Of a stretch of 64,000 nucleotides of DNA, positions 9,603 through 19,271 are shown piece after piece. Within the stretch, counting starts at the first letter, position 1. Every line of letters starts with the position of its first letter. This DNA comes from Candidatus Hadarchaeota archaeon (GTDB lineage: Archaea; CAYQAE01; CAYVLA01): positions 107,151-171,150 of the forward strand of contig CAZUNO010000002.1 in the NCBI GenBank assembly GCA_964621445.1. Direction: 5' to 3'. The notes beneath the pieces were generated by a model. The model had not been told where the DNA came from, did not search any database, and was given only the letters and a program-made list of their open reading frames with translations. The translations under genes and the position numbers were made by a program.

Positions 9603-10001
9603 TCAAGCTTTCTCCACCGTGGCTTCTTCCCCATCAACCACTAGCAGATCGCCGGTTTCAATCTTGGTTATGTCTATCCCATCAATGCAAGGGATACCCG
9701 CCAGTATGGCTCCGGTGGCAACAATGGTTTCCGTCTCCTCATTAATTATGGCCGCCGGTGCCAAGCCCCTCTTCTTAAGGCCATAGATAACGTAAGACCC
9801 GACCGTTGAACCCTTGCCCCTAGGGAATACCAGCACCTTTCCCCCAACCTTCTCTCCCTCCAATTGATGCCCCTTTTCCCTCACCACGCCAGTCTCGGGG
9901 TCCAGACCGCCATAGAAACTGATTGGCTCGCTGGTAACCAAGGCCCGACCTTTTGCCTTACCCGGATTGATCGTCCTTCCCTTCATCTTCGATGGCTCCA
10001 A
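9603..10001 (-). CDS. phosphomevalonate dehydratase small subunit (aconitase X swivel domain, DUF126)
   Basis: 132 aa with GKAKGRALV...GKVLVFPRGKGSTVGSYVIY, typical of AcnX small subunits. It lies next to the large subunit, with which it overlaps. Confidence 0.78.
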   Translation of the reverse strand: MEPSKMKGRTINPGKAKGRALVTSEPISFYGGLDPETGVVREKGHQLEGEKVGGKVLVFPRGKGSTVGSYVIYGLKKRGLAPAAIINEETETIVATGAILAGIPCIDGIDITKIETGDLLVVDGEEATVEKA

Positions 10002-11169
10002 TCAGATCATCAAGGTTCTTGAAAATTACCTTCTGTTGGCAGAAATTCGGAAGATAGTGGGCCGCCTTGGCAGAATTAACTCCAGTCGAGTTGAACCCCA
10101 TTTTCTCAAGTGGGGTAACTACCATGCAGGTGTCGGCCACTAATTTCCCTCCCAATCCTTCAATTCTATCCGCCAATCCCATATTCTGGGCCGCCGTCTT
10201 CACCGACCTGGAGGTGCAGATCCATAGTGGTTTCTCGAAATTTTTCCCCTCCATGCGCTGAGCCAGTTGTAGTAGTTCACCGATCGAGGCGTGGGGACAA
10301 CCTAAAATCACTATGTCCGGGATTTCTCCAGAGTTTAAGTCCCGCCGCTGTCGGTCCAAGTCATACTGAGTTATGGTGATTCTCTCCAGTCCCTTGCTGT
10401 CCATCCCCTCGGCTTCGGGGGTAATCTCTTCGACGTGGTACAGGGCGACCGCACCCGAGGCGGCCATCGCCGCTCCCAGTGATTTCAAGTGATCCACACT
10501 TGGGTCCTTCAAACCGCGGATATAAGGTTTCTTGTCCCCTGCTAGCTCACCTATCCTATATCCCAGGGTCCCGTAATCACAGATATTTCGCAATTCTGCC
10601 TCTACCTCAAATACCATATCGGGCATTCTGTTTTCGTCAAGGTGCAGCCCATAATTGGGCGTGACTCCGCAAATCGCTGCGGCAAGGGCCGAGGGTCCTC
10701 CTTCCCTATTGGTTCTAGCTCCTATTACCGAATTAGCAAATGACACGGCCGAGGACTCGCTCCAGGCGATGTGTTCCCTGAATCGTGGCAGGTTTCCAGC
10801 CAGGTAGGGTGTGCAGGTGGCACTCACCAACACGCCCATGGCCTTGAAGGCGTTTACTATCCTTTCCTGCTTACGGGCAAAATCCTCGGGGATCCCCATA
10901 ACCCTCCAATCCCGAAGATCCATTCCAGCGGGATTCAGATAGGTCAGCGCTTTGACCTGAGCCCCCTTTTGCGCAAAATCCTCCAGAAACTCCATGCCCG
11001 GATCGCCTATTGATTTATGTGATACCCCCGAAACCTGGGCGGACCCAATCGGTATCATTCTCCGGGCTCCATACACATCACCAAGGCGCACCAGCAATCT
11101 GAATAGACGTTGAGCCACCTCTCCCCTCTCTCCCCCCAACATCCTCTCCTGTTCCCTTGTCAGGTACAA
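9958..11169 (-). CDS. phosphomevalonate dehydratase large subunit (aconitase X catalytic domain, DUF521)
   Basis: The conserved N-terminus LTREQERMLGGERGE is present. The likely start is the TTG at 11169-11167, one nt after the UbiD-like stop (TGA at 11173-11171). The ORF track extends further to 11265. Confidence 0.78.
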   Translation of the reverse strand: MYLTREQERMLGGERGEVAQRLFRLLVRLGDVYGARRMIPIGSAQVSGVSHKSIGDPGMEFLEDFAQKGAQVKALTYLNPAGMDLRDWRVMGIPEDFARKQERIVNAFKAMGVLVSATCTPYLAGNLPRFREHIAWSESSAVSFANSVIGARTNREGGPSALAAAICGVTPNYGLHLDENRMPDMVFEVEAELRNICDYGTLGYRIGELAGDKKPYIRGLKDPSVDHLKSLGAAMAASGAVALYHVEEITPEAEGMDSKGLERITITQYDLDRQRRDLNSGEIPDIVILGCPHASIGELLQLAQRMEGKNFEKPLWICTSRSVKTAAQNMGLADRIEGLGGKLVADTCMVVTPLEKMGFNSTGVNSAKAAHYLPNFCQQKVIFKNLDDLIGAIEDEGKDDQSG

Positions 11170-11170
11170 T

Positions 11171-12451
11171 TCAATCCTCCAGGTATTCCTCAATATCAAT
11201 TTCCATGGGGAGCCCTGGTCTTTTGAATTCCTCCTTATCCTTCCCCCAGGGAACCGTGAGATCAAAACCCACCTTTGTGGTTATGTGGGTTTCCGGATCG
11301 GAGGATGGATCGAGGGAGGACCCCTTTTCTCTCCTGGTTACCAGGTCGCTATCGGCCTGAAATCTCGTAGCCATCGCCCACTCTATTTCCTCCGATTTGT
11401 CGATATCTATGTCCTCATCAACCACGAAAAGGTGTTTCATGGATCGGTGAGCTCTGAATGCGGCATCGATTGCCCTTTCCGGGTCCTTCTCTTCCCTTCT
11501 CCTAATGCTCACCACTCCATGAAGCCAGGAGCAACCGCCGGGAGTGACCCTCACATCCAGCACATCACATTGCTTCTTCACTTCCCGATACATGCTGGCC
11601 TCCCTAGGCATCCCCATCAGTATCTTGTGCTCCATCCCACCCGGGAGTAGGGCGTGGAAGAGGGGATTTCTCCTGATCAATATCTCCTTGCATTCAACTA
11701 CCGGCTGTAATCTCACCTTGTCGGGTGTCTGGGTCAGGTCAAGAAATGGACCTTCGTCGTGGAGTTCACCGGTGAGCTCCATGATCATGATGATCTCCGC
11801 CGGTGGCACCAAATATCCCTTCATATCCATCAGGGGCGTTGGTTGCAGGGAGTTGGCAATGGATAGCTCGCTTACTCCGGGGGACTCGGATACTGCGGAG
11901 GCCACGAGGACCGAGATTGGATTCCCAATACAATAGGCAAATTTGGTGAGCCCCCTCCTGATATAGCTATCAAGGTCCCTTTTCACTATCCTAAGGACCA
12001 GCTGGTTTTCGGAAATCACCATGCCCCGGTGAAAGGAAGAATTCAGACCATACTCCGGGTCCTTTGCCACCACAATTCCCGATGTTATGTATGGACCTCC
12101 ATCGAATGGGTAATAGGTAGGGATCGGCAGGTTCAATAGGTCCGGCTCCATCTCGATATAGTCCTCTGACTTCATTATCTGTGGATCCCTGGGTTGTGAT
12201 ATTGCATCAACCAGTTTTTCGGTTAGGTTTCCCTCCTCAATCCCAAGGCCCCGTGCAACGGAAAGTCGGCTGGAACAGATATTTCCCAGTACAGGGATAT
12301 CGCGGTTTTTTACATTTTCAAAGATGATCGGGATTCCATCCAACGTACGCATGATGGCGGGTATTTCAAATTGGATGTCCACTTCCTTTTGGACTCTTTT
12401 CAGAAGACCGGCACCCTCCAACTGGTTTACGAATTCACGCAACAAAGCCAT
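11171..12451 (-). CDS. UbiD-family decarboxylase, probably trans-anhydromevalonate-5-phosphate decarboxylase
   Basis: 426 aa with a UbiD-like fold. It lies between mevalonate kinase and the phosphomevalonate dehydratase genes, the conserved context of the archaeal mevalonate pathway. Confidence 0.75.
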   Translation of the reverse strand: MALLREFVNQLEGAGLLKRVQKEVDIQFEIPAIMRTLDGIPIIFENVKNRDIPVLGNICSSRLSVARGLGIEEGNLTEKLVDAISQPRDPQIMKSEDYIEMEPDLLNLPIPTYYPFDGGPYITSGIVVAKDPEYGLNSSFHRGMVISENQLVLRIVKRDLDSYIRRGLTKFAYCIGNPISVLVASAVSESPGVSELSIANSLQPTPLMDMKGYLVPPAEIIMIMELTGELHDEGPFLDLTQTPDKVRLQPVVECKEILIRRNPLFHALLPGGMEHKILMGMPREASMYREVKKQCDVLDVRVTPGGCSWLHGVVSIRRREEKDPERAIDAAFRAHRSMKHLFVVDEDIDIDKSEEIEWAMATRFQADSDLVTRREKGSSLDPSSDPETHITTKVGFDLTVPWGKDKEEFKRPGLPMEIDIEEYLED

Positions 12452-12508
12452 GATACTCCTCCCTTTCAGATTCCACCAAACGATATATCTTTTTCGTCAT
12501 TTGTCGAT

Positions 12509-13507
12509 TTAATCATCGTCATTTGACGAACTCACCCCTATTAGAGTGGGGATAGCCTCATACCCCGACTTTCGCATAGCTCCCACTACCCTATCACGCA
12601 CCTCCGGTTCGGGAGTTAAGGCGATCATGTGCCCTCCCAGACCGCCTCCAGTCATCTTCGCCCCCTTCGCCCCCTCTCTTCTGGCAATCTCAACTAGATG
12701 ATCAAGCTTCGGATGGGAGACCCCGATTTCCTGGAGCAGGCCATGATTGGCATACATTAGGTCCCCGACCGCGTCCAGGTCATGATCTCTCAATGATTTA
12801 ACCGCGCTCTCTATGAGTTCTTCCGCCCGTAAGAAGATTCGTGAATATCTTTCTTCGTTTCTCTCCTTTCTCCTTCTAACACCAGCCACCGCCGTCTTGG
12901 TCCTACCTCTTATCCCCGTATTTCCCATTACCATGGGCATTGGCTCCCGTACTGAAAGCCTCTCAACCGTATTATCTCCTCCCTGGAGGTTCTTTGCGAA
13001 GTAAATCATTCCCCCGAAGGTAGAAACGGTATTATCTATGCCCGAAGGGGTTCCGGCATAGGCCTTTTCCGCCTCATACGCTATCTCGTTGATATCCTGG
13101 GCCTTGAGGCCCAGGTCAAACTCCTGGTTCAGGGCCCTAGTAATGGAGACACAGAAGGCTGCACTGGATCCAATTCCCCCCGTGGTCTCCAGCTCTCCCT
13201 CAATGGTTATCTTAATGTTCTTTTCGGTGGGATCAAAGTTCGCGGCGTCGAAAATTCTAAGCACCGGCCCCGGTTCCAGAAAATCATCCGTAGAGCGGTT
13301 CAAGGCATTTAAACGGACGTCCTCCAGAGCCCATCCATCACCGACCAGAAAACCGGAGCCACGGAACCCCTCCAGCAAGGCCTCATTGGCTCTCTCAACC
13401 GTGGCTTTGATCTTTGAATCGATCGATGAGGCTATGGCCGGTATTCCATATACTACGAAATGCTCGTTGAACAGGATGACCTTCCGAAACCCGATTCCGG
13501 TTCCCAT
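12509..13507 (-). CDS. mvk: mevalonate kinase (GHMP kinase family)
   Basis: N-terminal GIGFRKVILFNEHFVVYG; GHMP ATP motif TTGGIGSSAAF; C-terminal KMTGGGLGGHMI. The first 37 codons of the track ORF look non-coding, so the likely start is M38. Confidence 0.85.
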   Translation of the reverse strand: MGTGIGFRKVILFNEHFVVYGIPAIASSIDSKIKATVERANEALLEGFRGSGFLVGDGWALEDVRLNALNRSTDDFLEPGPVLRIFDAANFDPTEKNIKITIEGELETTGGIGSSAAFCVSITRALNQEFDLGLKAQDINEIAYEAEKAYAGTPSGIDNTVSTFGGMIYFAKNLQGGDNTVERLSVREPMPMVMGNTGIRGRTKTAVAGVRRRKERNEERYSRIFLRAEELIESAVKSLRDHDLDAVGDLMYANHGLLQEIGVSHPKLDHLVEIARREGAKGAKMTGGGLGGHMIALTPEPEVRDRVVGAMRKSGYEAIPTLIGVSSSNDDD

Positions 13508-13649
13508 ATCGATCCCATTCCCGTATTTATAACCCCACTTATGTGTATTACCGCCGGGATAATCTACGAGAATATTTAATTGGTCCCGCGCTCGATGACC
13601 GGTGTAAAAGCCTCGCAAATCTTTTTTCTAGATCGGTGGATAATGTAAG

Positions 13650-14468
13650 ATGTCAAGTATTGTCGTCAAGATTGGGGGATCATTCCTTACCGCAAAATCC
13701 GAAAGCCATAGATTCCCCCTAAATATAGAAGAGATCAGGAGCCAGGCCAGGGAGTTCTTAAACCTGGGCCGATTGAAGGGCATATCCAGGGATATTCGTC
13801 ATATCCTAGAATCGCACAGGATCCTGCTGGTACATGGGGCAGGTCCATTTGGACATGCGATGGTAGAGGGATTGAAATCCGGGTATGACATTGACCCCAT
13901 GCACATCCACGCCTCCATGCTGGTATTAAACGAATTTGTCATCCGGGCATTAACGGATATCGGGGTGCTGTGTGAGAGGGTGAGCCCCATGGACTCGGTG
14001 CTTCACCGGGGAAAATTCCACACCGATCGATTGGTCAAGGAGATGGTATCAAAGGAGAGATCAGGTATCCTTCCTGTTAGTCATGGTGATATCGTCCCTA
14101 GCAAGAACGGTGAGATCGATGGACACCAGGTAATCTCCGGGGACTTGGTCGTGCGCGATTTGTCATTGTCCTGGCCCGCCGATCGCCTGATAATGGTGAC
14201 TGATATGAATGGAATCCTGGATACCGACCCAAGAAAGGGTGAGGGGAGAACCATTCCAAGGATCACCCTGGATAAGTGCACGGACCTACTGAAAGGGAGG
14301 AGTGGAAAGGGATCCGATGTAACCGGTGGTATACTCCAGAAGGTAATTAGCTGTGCTGAGCCCATTTCCGCCGGCATACCGGTTCAAATTATCTCTGACG
14401 AAATCAATAATGCCCTAATCGCAGCCTGTAATGGCCAGGAAGTGGGAACAATCATAGAGCCTGGGTGA
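13650..14468 (+). CDS. ipk: isopentenyl phosphate kinase (amino-acid-kinase fold)
   Basis: IVVKIGGS...HGAGPFGH, the signature of IPK and the carbamate-kinase fold. It is divergent from the mevalonate-pathway operon. Confidence 0.85.
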   Translation: MSSIVVKIGGSFLTAKSESHRFPLNIEEIRSQAREFLNLGRLKGISRDIRHILESHRILLVHGAGPFGHAMVEGLKSGYDIDPMHIHASMLVLNEFVIRALTDIGVLCERVSPMDSVLHRGKFHTDRLVKEMVSKERSGILPVSHGDIVPSKNGEIDGHQVISGDLVVRDLSLSWPADRLIMVTDMNGILDTDPRKGEGRTIPRITLDKCTDLLKGRSGKGSDVTGGILQKVISCAEPISAGIPVQIISDEINNALIAACNGQEVGTIIEPG

Positions 14469-14472
14469 TTTC

Positions 14473-16068
14473 TTGCCAAAATCCTACATCGAACATCCCC
14501 TAATCAATTGTAACACGATTGAATCCAGGATCTATCAACAGGTGGTATACGCGAAGGCAGTAAAGTCAAATACGCTTTTTGTGGCCCCCACAGCGCTGGG
14601 AAAGACGGTTCTATGCATCATGGTGGTTGCTCACCGTCTTCACAAGGTAGGTGGAAGGGCTCTTATGATGGCCCCTACCCGGCCCCTGGTCCTTCAGCAT
14701 GCGGAATCTTTCAAAAAATTCATGAATCTGCCCCAGGAGGAAATAGTCGATGTCAGCGGGAGGATTCGTCCCAGTGAAAGGGAGGAGGTCTGGCCCGCAT
14801 CAAAGGTGGCCATAGCCACCCCTCAGGTGGTGAAAAACGATCTCGAGGCGGGGCGAATGGATCTTTCGCCGTATTCTCTCCTCGTTTTCGACGAGGCCCA
14901 TAGAGCTGTGGGTGATTATGCATACGTTCCTATAGCCAGGATCTACGTTGAAACCGCGGATGACCCCCTGGTCCTTGGGCTAACCGCCTCTCCCGGAAAC
15001 AGGGAGGAGGTAATCCGAGAGGTCTGCGAAAACCTCGACATATCTAATATCGAGACCAGGACCGAAAGCGACCCGGATGTAAAGCCTTATATCAACCCCA
15101 TAGAGGTCGATTGGAGAAAGGTTGTGCTGCCGGACTCAATCCGCATGGCCTCCAGGCGTATGAGAGCTTATCTCGAGGAGAGATTTGACAGCCTTAGAAA
15201 GATTGGTCTAATACAATCCGAAAGACCGACCAGAAGGGACCTTCTTGAGGCGGGAAAAGCATTAGGAATCGGCCCCCAACGTTTCTCAGCTTCCTTCGGA
15301 AAACCGGAATTCATGTATTATAAATCGCTGATGGACTACGCAACCGGCCTCAAGGCCGAACATGCTCTGGAACTGATCGAGACTCAGGGAATAGAACAGG
15401 CCCTGAAATATATGGAGAAACTTTCCCAGGAAGCGGAAAAGAAGAAAACTCCCAGATCTACCAAGTCATTCATCCATAACGACCTGGTCAAGCAATTCAC
15501 AAACAGGCTTCGGGATCTCCGTGAAAAGGGGGTTCAGCATCCCAAGATCCCGGAAACGGAGGACATCGTGACCCGGGAGTTAAACTCTAATCCCGATAGC
15601 AGGATCATCGTATTCACTAACTTTAGGGACACGGTTGACCTCCTTGTATCCCGGCTTTCCAAGCAGAGGAAATCTCGAGCTACCAGATTCGTTGGACAGT
15701 CCTCAAAGAGATCAAGAGGGCTTAGCCAGGCAGAGCAAGCAGAGATCCTTGATCTCTTCAAGAAGGGCAAATACAATATTCTAGTGGCCACATCCGTCGC
15801 CGAGGAGGGCCTGGATATTGCAGAAGTCCAGCTAGTACTTTTTTACGATTGCACCGCCAGCGCTGTTAGGAATATTCAAAGACGGGGGAGAACAGGAAGG
15901 AGAGAGGCGGGCAAGGTTATAGTGCTTATCACTGAGGATACTAGGGAGGAAGCCTACCATTGGGCGGGAAGAGCCCGGGAAAAAAGGATGCGGCAGGTGC
16001 TCAAGAAGGTTGATCTGGAACTCAGCGACAAGCAGCTGAACCTTGACGGATTCATGAAAGGTTCTTAG
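14473..16068 (+). CDS. Hef/FANCM/Mph1-family DEAH-box helicase; the ERCC4 nuclease domain is absent
   Basis: Walker A APTALGKT; DEAH box in LLVFDEAHRAVGDY; helicase C-terminal motifs ATSVAEEGLDI and RRGRTGR. The protein ends after the helicase core. TTG start 4 nt after the ipk stop. Confidence 0.75.
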   Translation: MPKSYIEHPLINCNTIESRIYQQVVYAKAVKSNTLFVAPTALGKTVLCIMVVAHRLHKVGGRALMMAPTRPLVLQHAESFKKFMNLPQEEIVDVSGRIRPSEREEVWPASKVAIATPQVVKNDLEAGRMDLSPYSLLVFDEAHRAVGDYAYVPIARIYVETADDPLVLGLTASPGNREEVIREVCENLDISNIETRTESDPDVKPYINPIEVDWRKVVLPDSIRMASRRMRAYLEERFDSLRKIGLIQSERPTRRDLLEAGKALGIGPQRFSASFGKPEFMYYKSLMDYATGLKAEHALELIETQGIEQALKYMEKLSQEAEKKKTPRSTKSFIHNDLVKQFTNRLRDLREKGVQHPKIPETEDIVTRELNSNPDSRIIVFTNFRDTVDLLVSRLSKQRKSRATRFVGQSSKRSRGLSQAEQAEILDLFKKGKYNILVATSVAEEGLDIAEVQLVLFYDCTASAVRNIQRRGRTGRREAGKVIVLITEDTREEAYHWAGRAREKRMRQVLKKVDLELSDKQLNLDGFMKGS

Positions 16069-16424
16069 AATCTCCGGCGAAACTCCCTCTTTCTAAGAAT
16101 ACGCAAGAGCACCGATTTCAGCTTGTAGTTATCGGAACACTGCTGATTTTCCATCTCGTACTGAACGGCCCCCATGATATCCTCGTTCTTGTTCTTAATA
16201 CCCTTGGCAAACATGCTCATGCTGCCCTTGCCATAAAGGTCAGCTGACTGTTTATACAACTCAGCTGCCTTCTTGAGCAGGGAAACCCTCAGACGGTGAT
16301 CGTCCTTCTCTTTGTAGGCTTTGATAAGACACATATCGGCTTGCCCTTCAAGCCATGATGCTTTTCTGACGTGGTCGGCCTCGAATCTCAAAATAGCACC
16401 GGGGCGCTTTACCGCGCTCGACAA
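16065..16424 (-). CDS. hypothetical protein
   Basis: 119-aa ORF with a basic C-terminus. An A/T-rich putative promoter lies upstream. Confidence 0.35.
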   Translation of the reverse strand: MSSAVKRPGAILRFEADHVRKASWLEGQADMCLIKAYKEKDDHRLRVSLLKKAAELYKQSADLYGKGSMSMFAKGIKNKNEDIMGAVQYEMENQQCSDNYKLKSVLLRILRKREFRRRF

Positions 16425-16614
16425 ATATAAATATTATTTATGGAAACTAAACAAAAATCTTTGACCTTCTACTTTCTTGTGCAAACCGCAATTGAAAAAT
16501 TGGATTATGTCGGTAATTATGGAAATAAATCTACTAAAAGTATGGCTCACCGAAAACCGCATCGGTGAACTCAAGAATTTAGAACGAGACGGGAAAATTG
16601 TCCCAGCTTCCTAA

Positions 16615-17019
16615 CTATTCCTCATTCTCGCCTCGGTGGGGCACTACAACTGAGTTCTTTAATTCCTGTATGGCGCCCAGCAAATCCACAAGACTATGCA
16701 AGACCTCGACATCTGACTGAACCCGGACAGCTTCCTCACCCGAATCCAGCCTTTCGGAGAATAGCCTTATCTTGTTAAGAACCGTACCTTCCGCATCTTC
16801 CACTGCACCCCAGGGGTCGTCCCTGGCTGTTCTTTCCTTAGTCCTTGGTTGGGTCCCACCCTGGGGGGCCTCGGTTTCAGTCATCTCCTTCGCTTGTTTA
16901 CCCTTTTCAAACCCGCACTTGGCACAGAAGGTCCGCCCCTCTTGCTGGAAGAGTGGTGCATTACAATTGGGGCAGCTCTCGTTCAACATCTTGCCCCCCT
17001 TTAGCATAATATCTGCCAT
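16615..17019 (-). CDS. UPF0148-family zinc-ribbon protein (Sjoegren/scleroderma autoantigen-1 homologue)
   Basis: MADIMLKGGKMLNESCPNCNAPLF...CAKCG. The likely start is M32 of the track ORF. It is divergent from the UPF0147 gene, as in other archaea. Confidence 0.6.
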   Translation of the reverse strand: MADIMLKGGKMLNESCPNCNAPLFQQEGRTFCAKCGFEKGKQAKEMTETEAPQGGTQPRTKERTARDDPWGAVEDAEGTVLNKIRLFSERLDSGEEAVRVQSDVEVLHSLVDLLGAIQELKNSVVVPHRGENEE

Positions 17020-17097
17020 GTCCTTGATTTCCACTGGTTCACCCGAAAAGAGATTTATACCCTCGTTCTTAAAAACGTTCAGGAGGATTGCCCGAAA

Positions 17098-17355
17098 ATG
17101 AATGACGAGCAAAAAATGGATGCAGTCTCACAGGTCCTTGAGCAGATTACAGAGGACACTTCAGTCCCAAGAAACATCAGACGTGCCGCCAACGAGGCCA
17201 TCGAATGGCTTCAGAATGACAACCATACGCCGGGAGTCAGAGCGAGTTCCGCGGTGAATATATTGGATGAGATAAGCGAGGACCCCAACATGCCCGTTCA
17301 CACACGAACTATGATATGGAACGTGGTCAGCGAGCTGGAAGTGATTCAGGATTAG
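17098..17355 (+). CDS. UPF0147 family protein
   Basis: 85 aa with EDTSVPRNIRRAANEAIEWL and DPNMPVHTRTMIWNVVSELE, matching the conserved UPF0147 consensus. Confidence 0.75.
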   Translation: MNDEQKMDAVSQVLEQITEDTSVPRNIRRAANEAIEWLQNDNHTPGVRASSAVNILDEISEDPNMPVHTRTMIWNVVSELEVIQD

Positions 17356-17414
17356 CTACCACTCCTTGAACCTGAAAGACCTCCCTATTCTCGATTGCCT
17401 ATCTTGGATTAGGT

Positions 17415-18182
17415 CTAGAAATCCGCCTCGATTCCCCTTTTAAGAAAATCCAGGTTTATCTCCGCTGCTTCAATTGGGTTGTCCGTGGATTTGGTTTCCA
17501 GGACCAGCCAGCCATCGTAACCTATATCCCCAATTTTGGATAAATTACGGGGCCAATCCATCTCTCCCTCACCCAGCAAGTCCCCTTCCAGTTCCTTTAT
17601 GTGTATCATGACTATCCATGGGGAAAGGATCTCGGTCATCTCCAGGGGGTCATGCCCGTATATCCTGTTGTTGGCAAGATCCTGGTATATTCCAACATGG
17701 TTGGAGCCCACTTCCCGGACCATGCGTTTGAGCTGTTGATAGGAGAAACTAGTCTCAATTCCGATGTTAACCCCTTCCCTTTCGGCTGCTGGAGCACACC
17801 GTTTCAAACCTCTCACATAGCGCTCTTCCCCTTTCGGACCCAGATCAATTTTCTCACGGTCAAAATGCGGCAGGAGAATAGCCTCTGCCCCTAAGGCCTC
17901 ACATGCGGCTATGCTAAGTTCCACAAAGGAGATGCTAGTTTCCATGTCGATGTCCAGGGAGAAATTGTATTCCCGGAAAGGGCCAACGCTCAAGGAGCAA
18001 ACTTGGATACCGGAATCCCGACACAATTCAAGTATTCGGTCGGCATCACTTTCAACGATATTAATCAGGTTCTCTTTCGATCCGATAACCAGTTCCACAC
18101 CATCATAGCCCACACAGCCAGCTGCCTCTATTGATCCCTCCCAATCCATGTCCAGAGAACTGTTTCTAATCCCGTATTTCAT
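17415..18182 (-). CDS. sugar phosphate isomerase/epimerase (xylose isomerase-like TIM barrel)
   Basis: The likely start is the ATG at 18182-18180 (MKYGIRN), which forms an ATGA overlap with the stop of the upstream oxidoreductase reading frame. The pattern fits the AP endonuclease family 2 / TIM barrel. Confidence 0.7.
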   Translation of the reverse strand: MKYGIRNSSLDMDWEGSIEAAGCVGYDGVELVIGSKENLINIVESDADRILELCRDSGIQVCSLSVGPFREYNFSLDIDMETSISFVELSIAACEALGAEAILLPHFDREKIDLGPKGEERYVRGLKRCAPAAEREGVNIGIETSFSYQQLKRMVREVGSNHVGIYQDLANNRIYGHDPLEMTEILSPWIVMIHIKELEGDLLGEGEMDWPRNLSKIGDIGYDGWLVLETKSTDNPIEAAEINLDFLKRGIEADF

Positions 18183-19176
18183 ACGAATCCCTCGATCATA
18201 TCCTCCAAGCAAATCCTTTCTCCAGTTCTTGCCGACTGGGCCACGCCCTGGGTCACCGCCACCGCTATCATTCCATCCCTAAGGGTGTTCTCGTATCTCC
18301 TTGACGTGCTCCCGGTTATGAGATCCGCGAAATGGTTCTGCATCTTCATTACCGGGTCATGATCATCATGGGTAGGGATGCTTTGAACGTCTTTGTCAAT
18401 GGCCCCCTATGCCGCATCACCTCCAGGGTCTTCATATCATTGGTTGTCAAGCTCCCCTTTCTCCCAACGACCTGTATTATATTCTGCGTATTTGGAGCAC
18501 CCATGCTGGTTATTATGGTAACCGAACGTCCACCATCGAAATCGATCATCATGTTGGCGAAATCTATGGTGTCGCCTCCCCTGAAAGTTCCCCTTCTCAA
18601 CGTGGCGTAAACACCCTTCGGCTTCCCCTCCATCAGCCATAGGCCCCGATGAATAGTGTGTGAAGCCGTATCTATAACCCCTCCATAATGCTCGGGAAAG
18701 AAGTACTGGGGAGCCATCATGCCCCTCTGCACGGTTAGAAGAGCCTGAAGTGGTTCCAGGGATTGGGCTTCCTTCTTTAAGGTAGAGGATAATTCGGTAA
18801 ATCTAAGCTGATATGCAACCATGCCCACGACCGCCTCCTCATCGGCAGCTCGAATCAGTTTTTTTCCGGTTTCCACCGAATCTACAAGAGGTTTTTCGAC
18901 AAGGATATGCTTTCCTGCCCTCGCCGCATCAATTGCGATGTTTCCATGGTGTTTGGTATGGGTGGCTATGATCACCGAGTCAAGGTCCTCCCTTTCGAGG
19001 AGCTCCTTGTAATCGAGGACGTAATCCACCCCCAGAAGCTCGCTCGTTCTTCTTGCCCTGGATTCATCAAGGTCACATACGGCGAGAAGGCGCAGCTTAC
19101 GGGAAGAATTGGTACGCTGTCCATGCCATGGGCCGCGTTGCCCGCACCCTATCAGTGCCGTGGTTACCTCTTTCAT
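18179..19176 (-). pseudogene. Gfo/Idh/MocA-family NAD(P)-dependent oxidoreductase, apparently frameshifted
   Basis: An N-terminal Rossmann-fold ORF (18349..19176) ends at MIMTR*. A second frame, open from 18406 to 18179, encodes a typical Gfo/Idh/MocA C-terminus (HFADLITGS...TLRDGMIAVAVTQGVAQSARTGERICLED). The two frames meet at a C5/G5 homopolymer (18403-18407). Confidence 0.5.
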
Positions 19177-19271
19177 GATTCAACCTCCATTCGGTTTCCC
19201 TCTCAAAAATAGGTTACTCCCTCAAATCATATTAGGTCCTATATACCTATGACCGGATGCCAGAATTATTT

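Noticed and set aside
12813-13532. Antisense ORFs inside the mevalonate kinase gene
   Set aside because: They are opposite a well-supported GHMP kinase with conserved motifs, and their composition looks like non-coding translation.
13508-13618. N-terminal 37-codon extension of the mevalonate kinase ORF (MRGFYTGHRARDQ...)
   Set aside because: It is unlike any mevalonate kinase N-terminus. The conserved kinase begins at M38, so this is more likely 5' UTR in the divergent promoter region shared with ipk.
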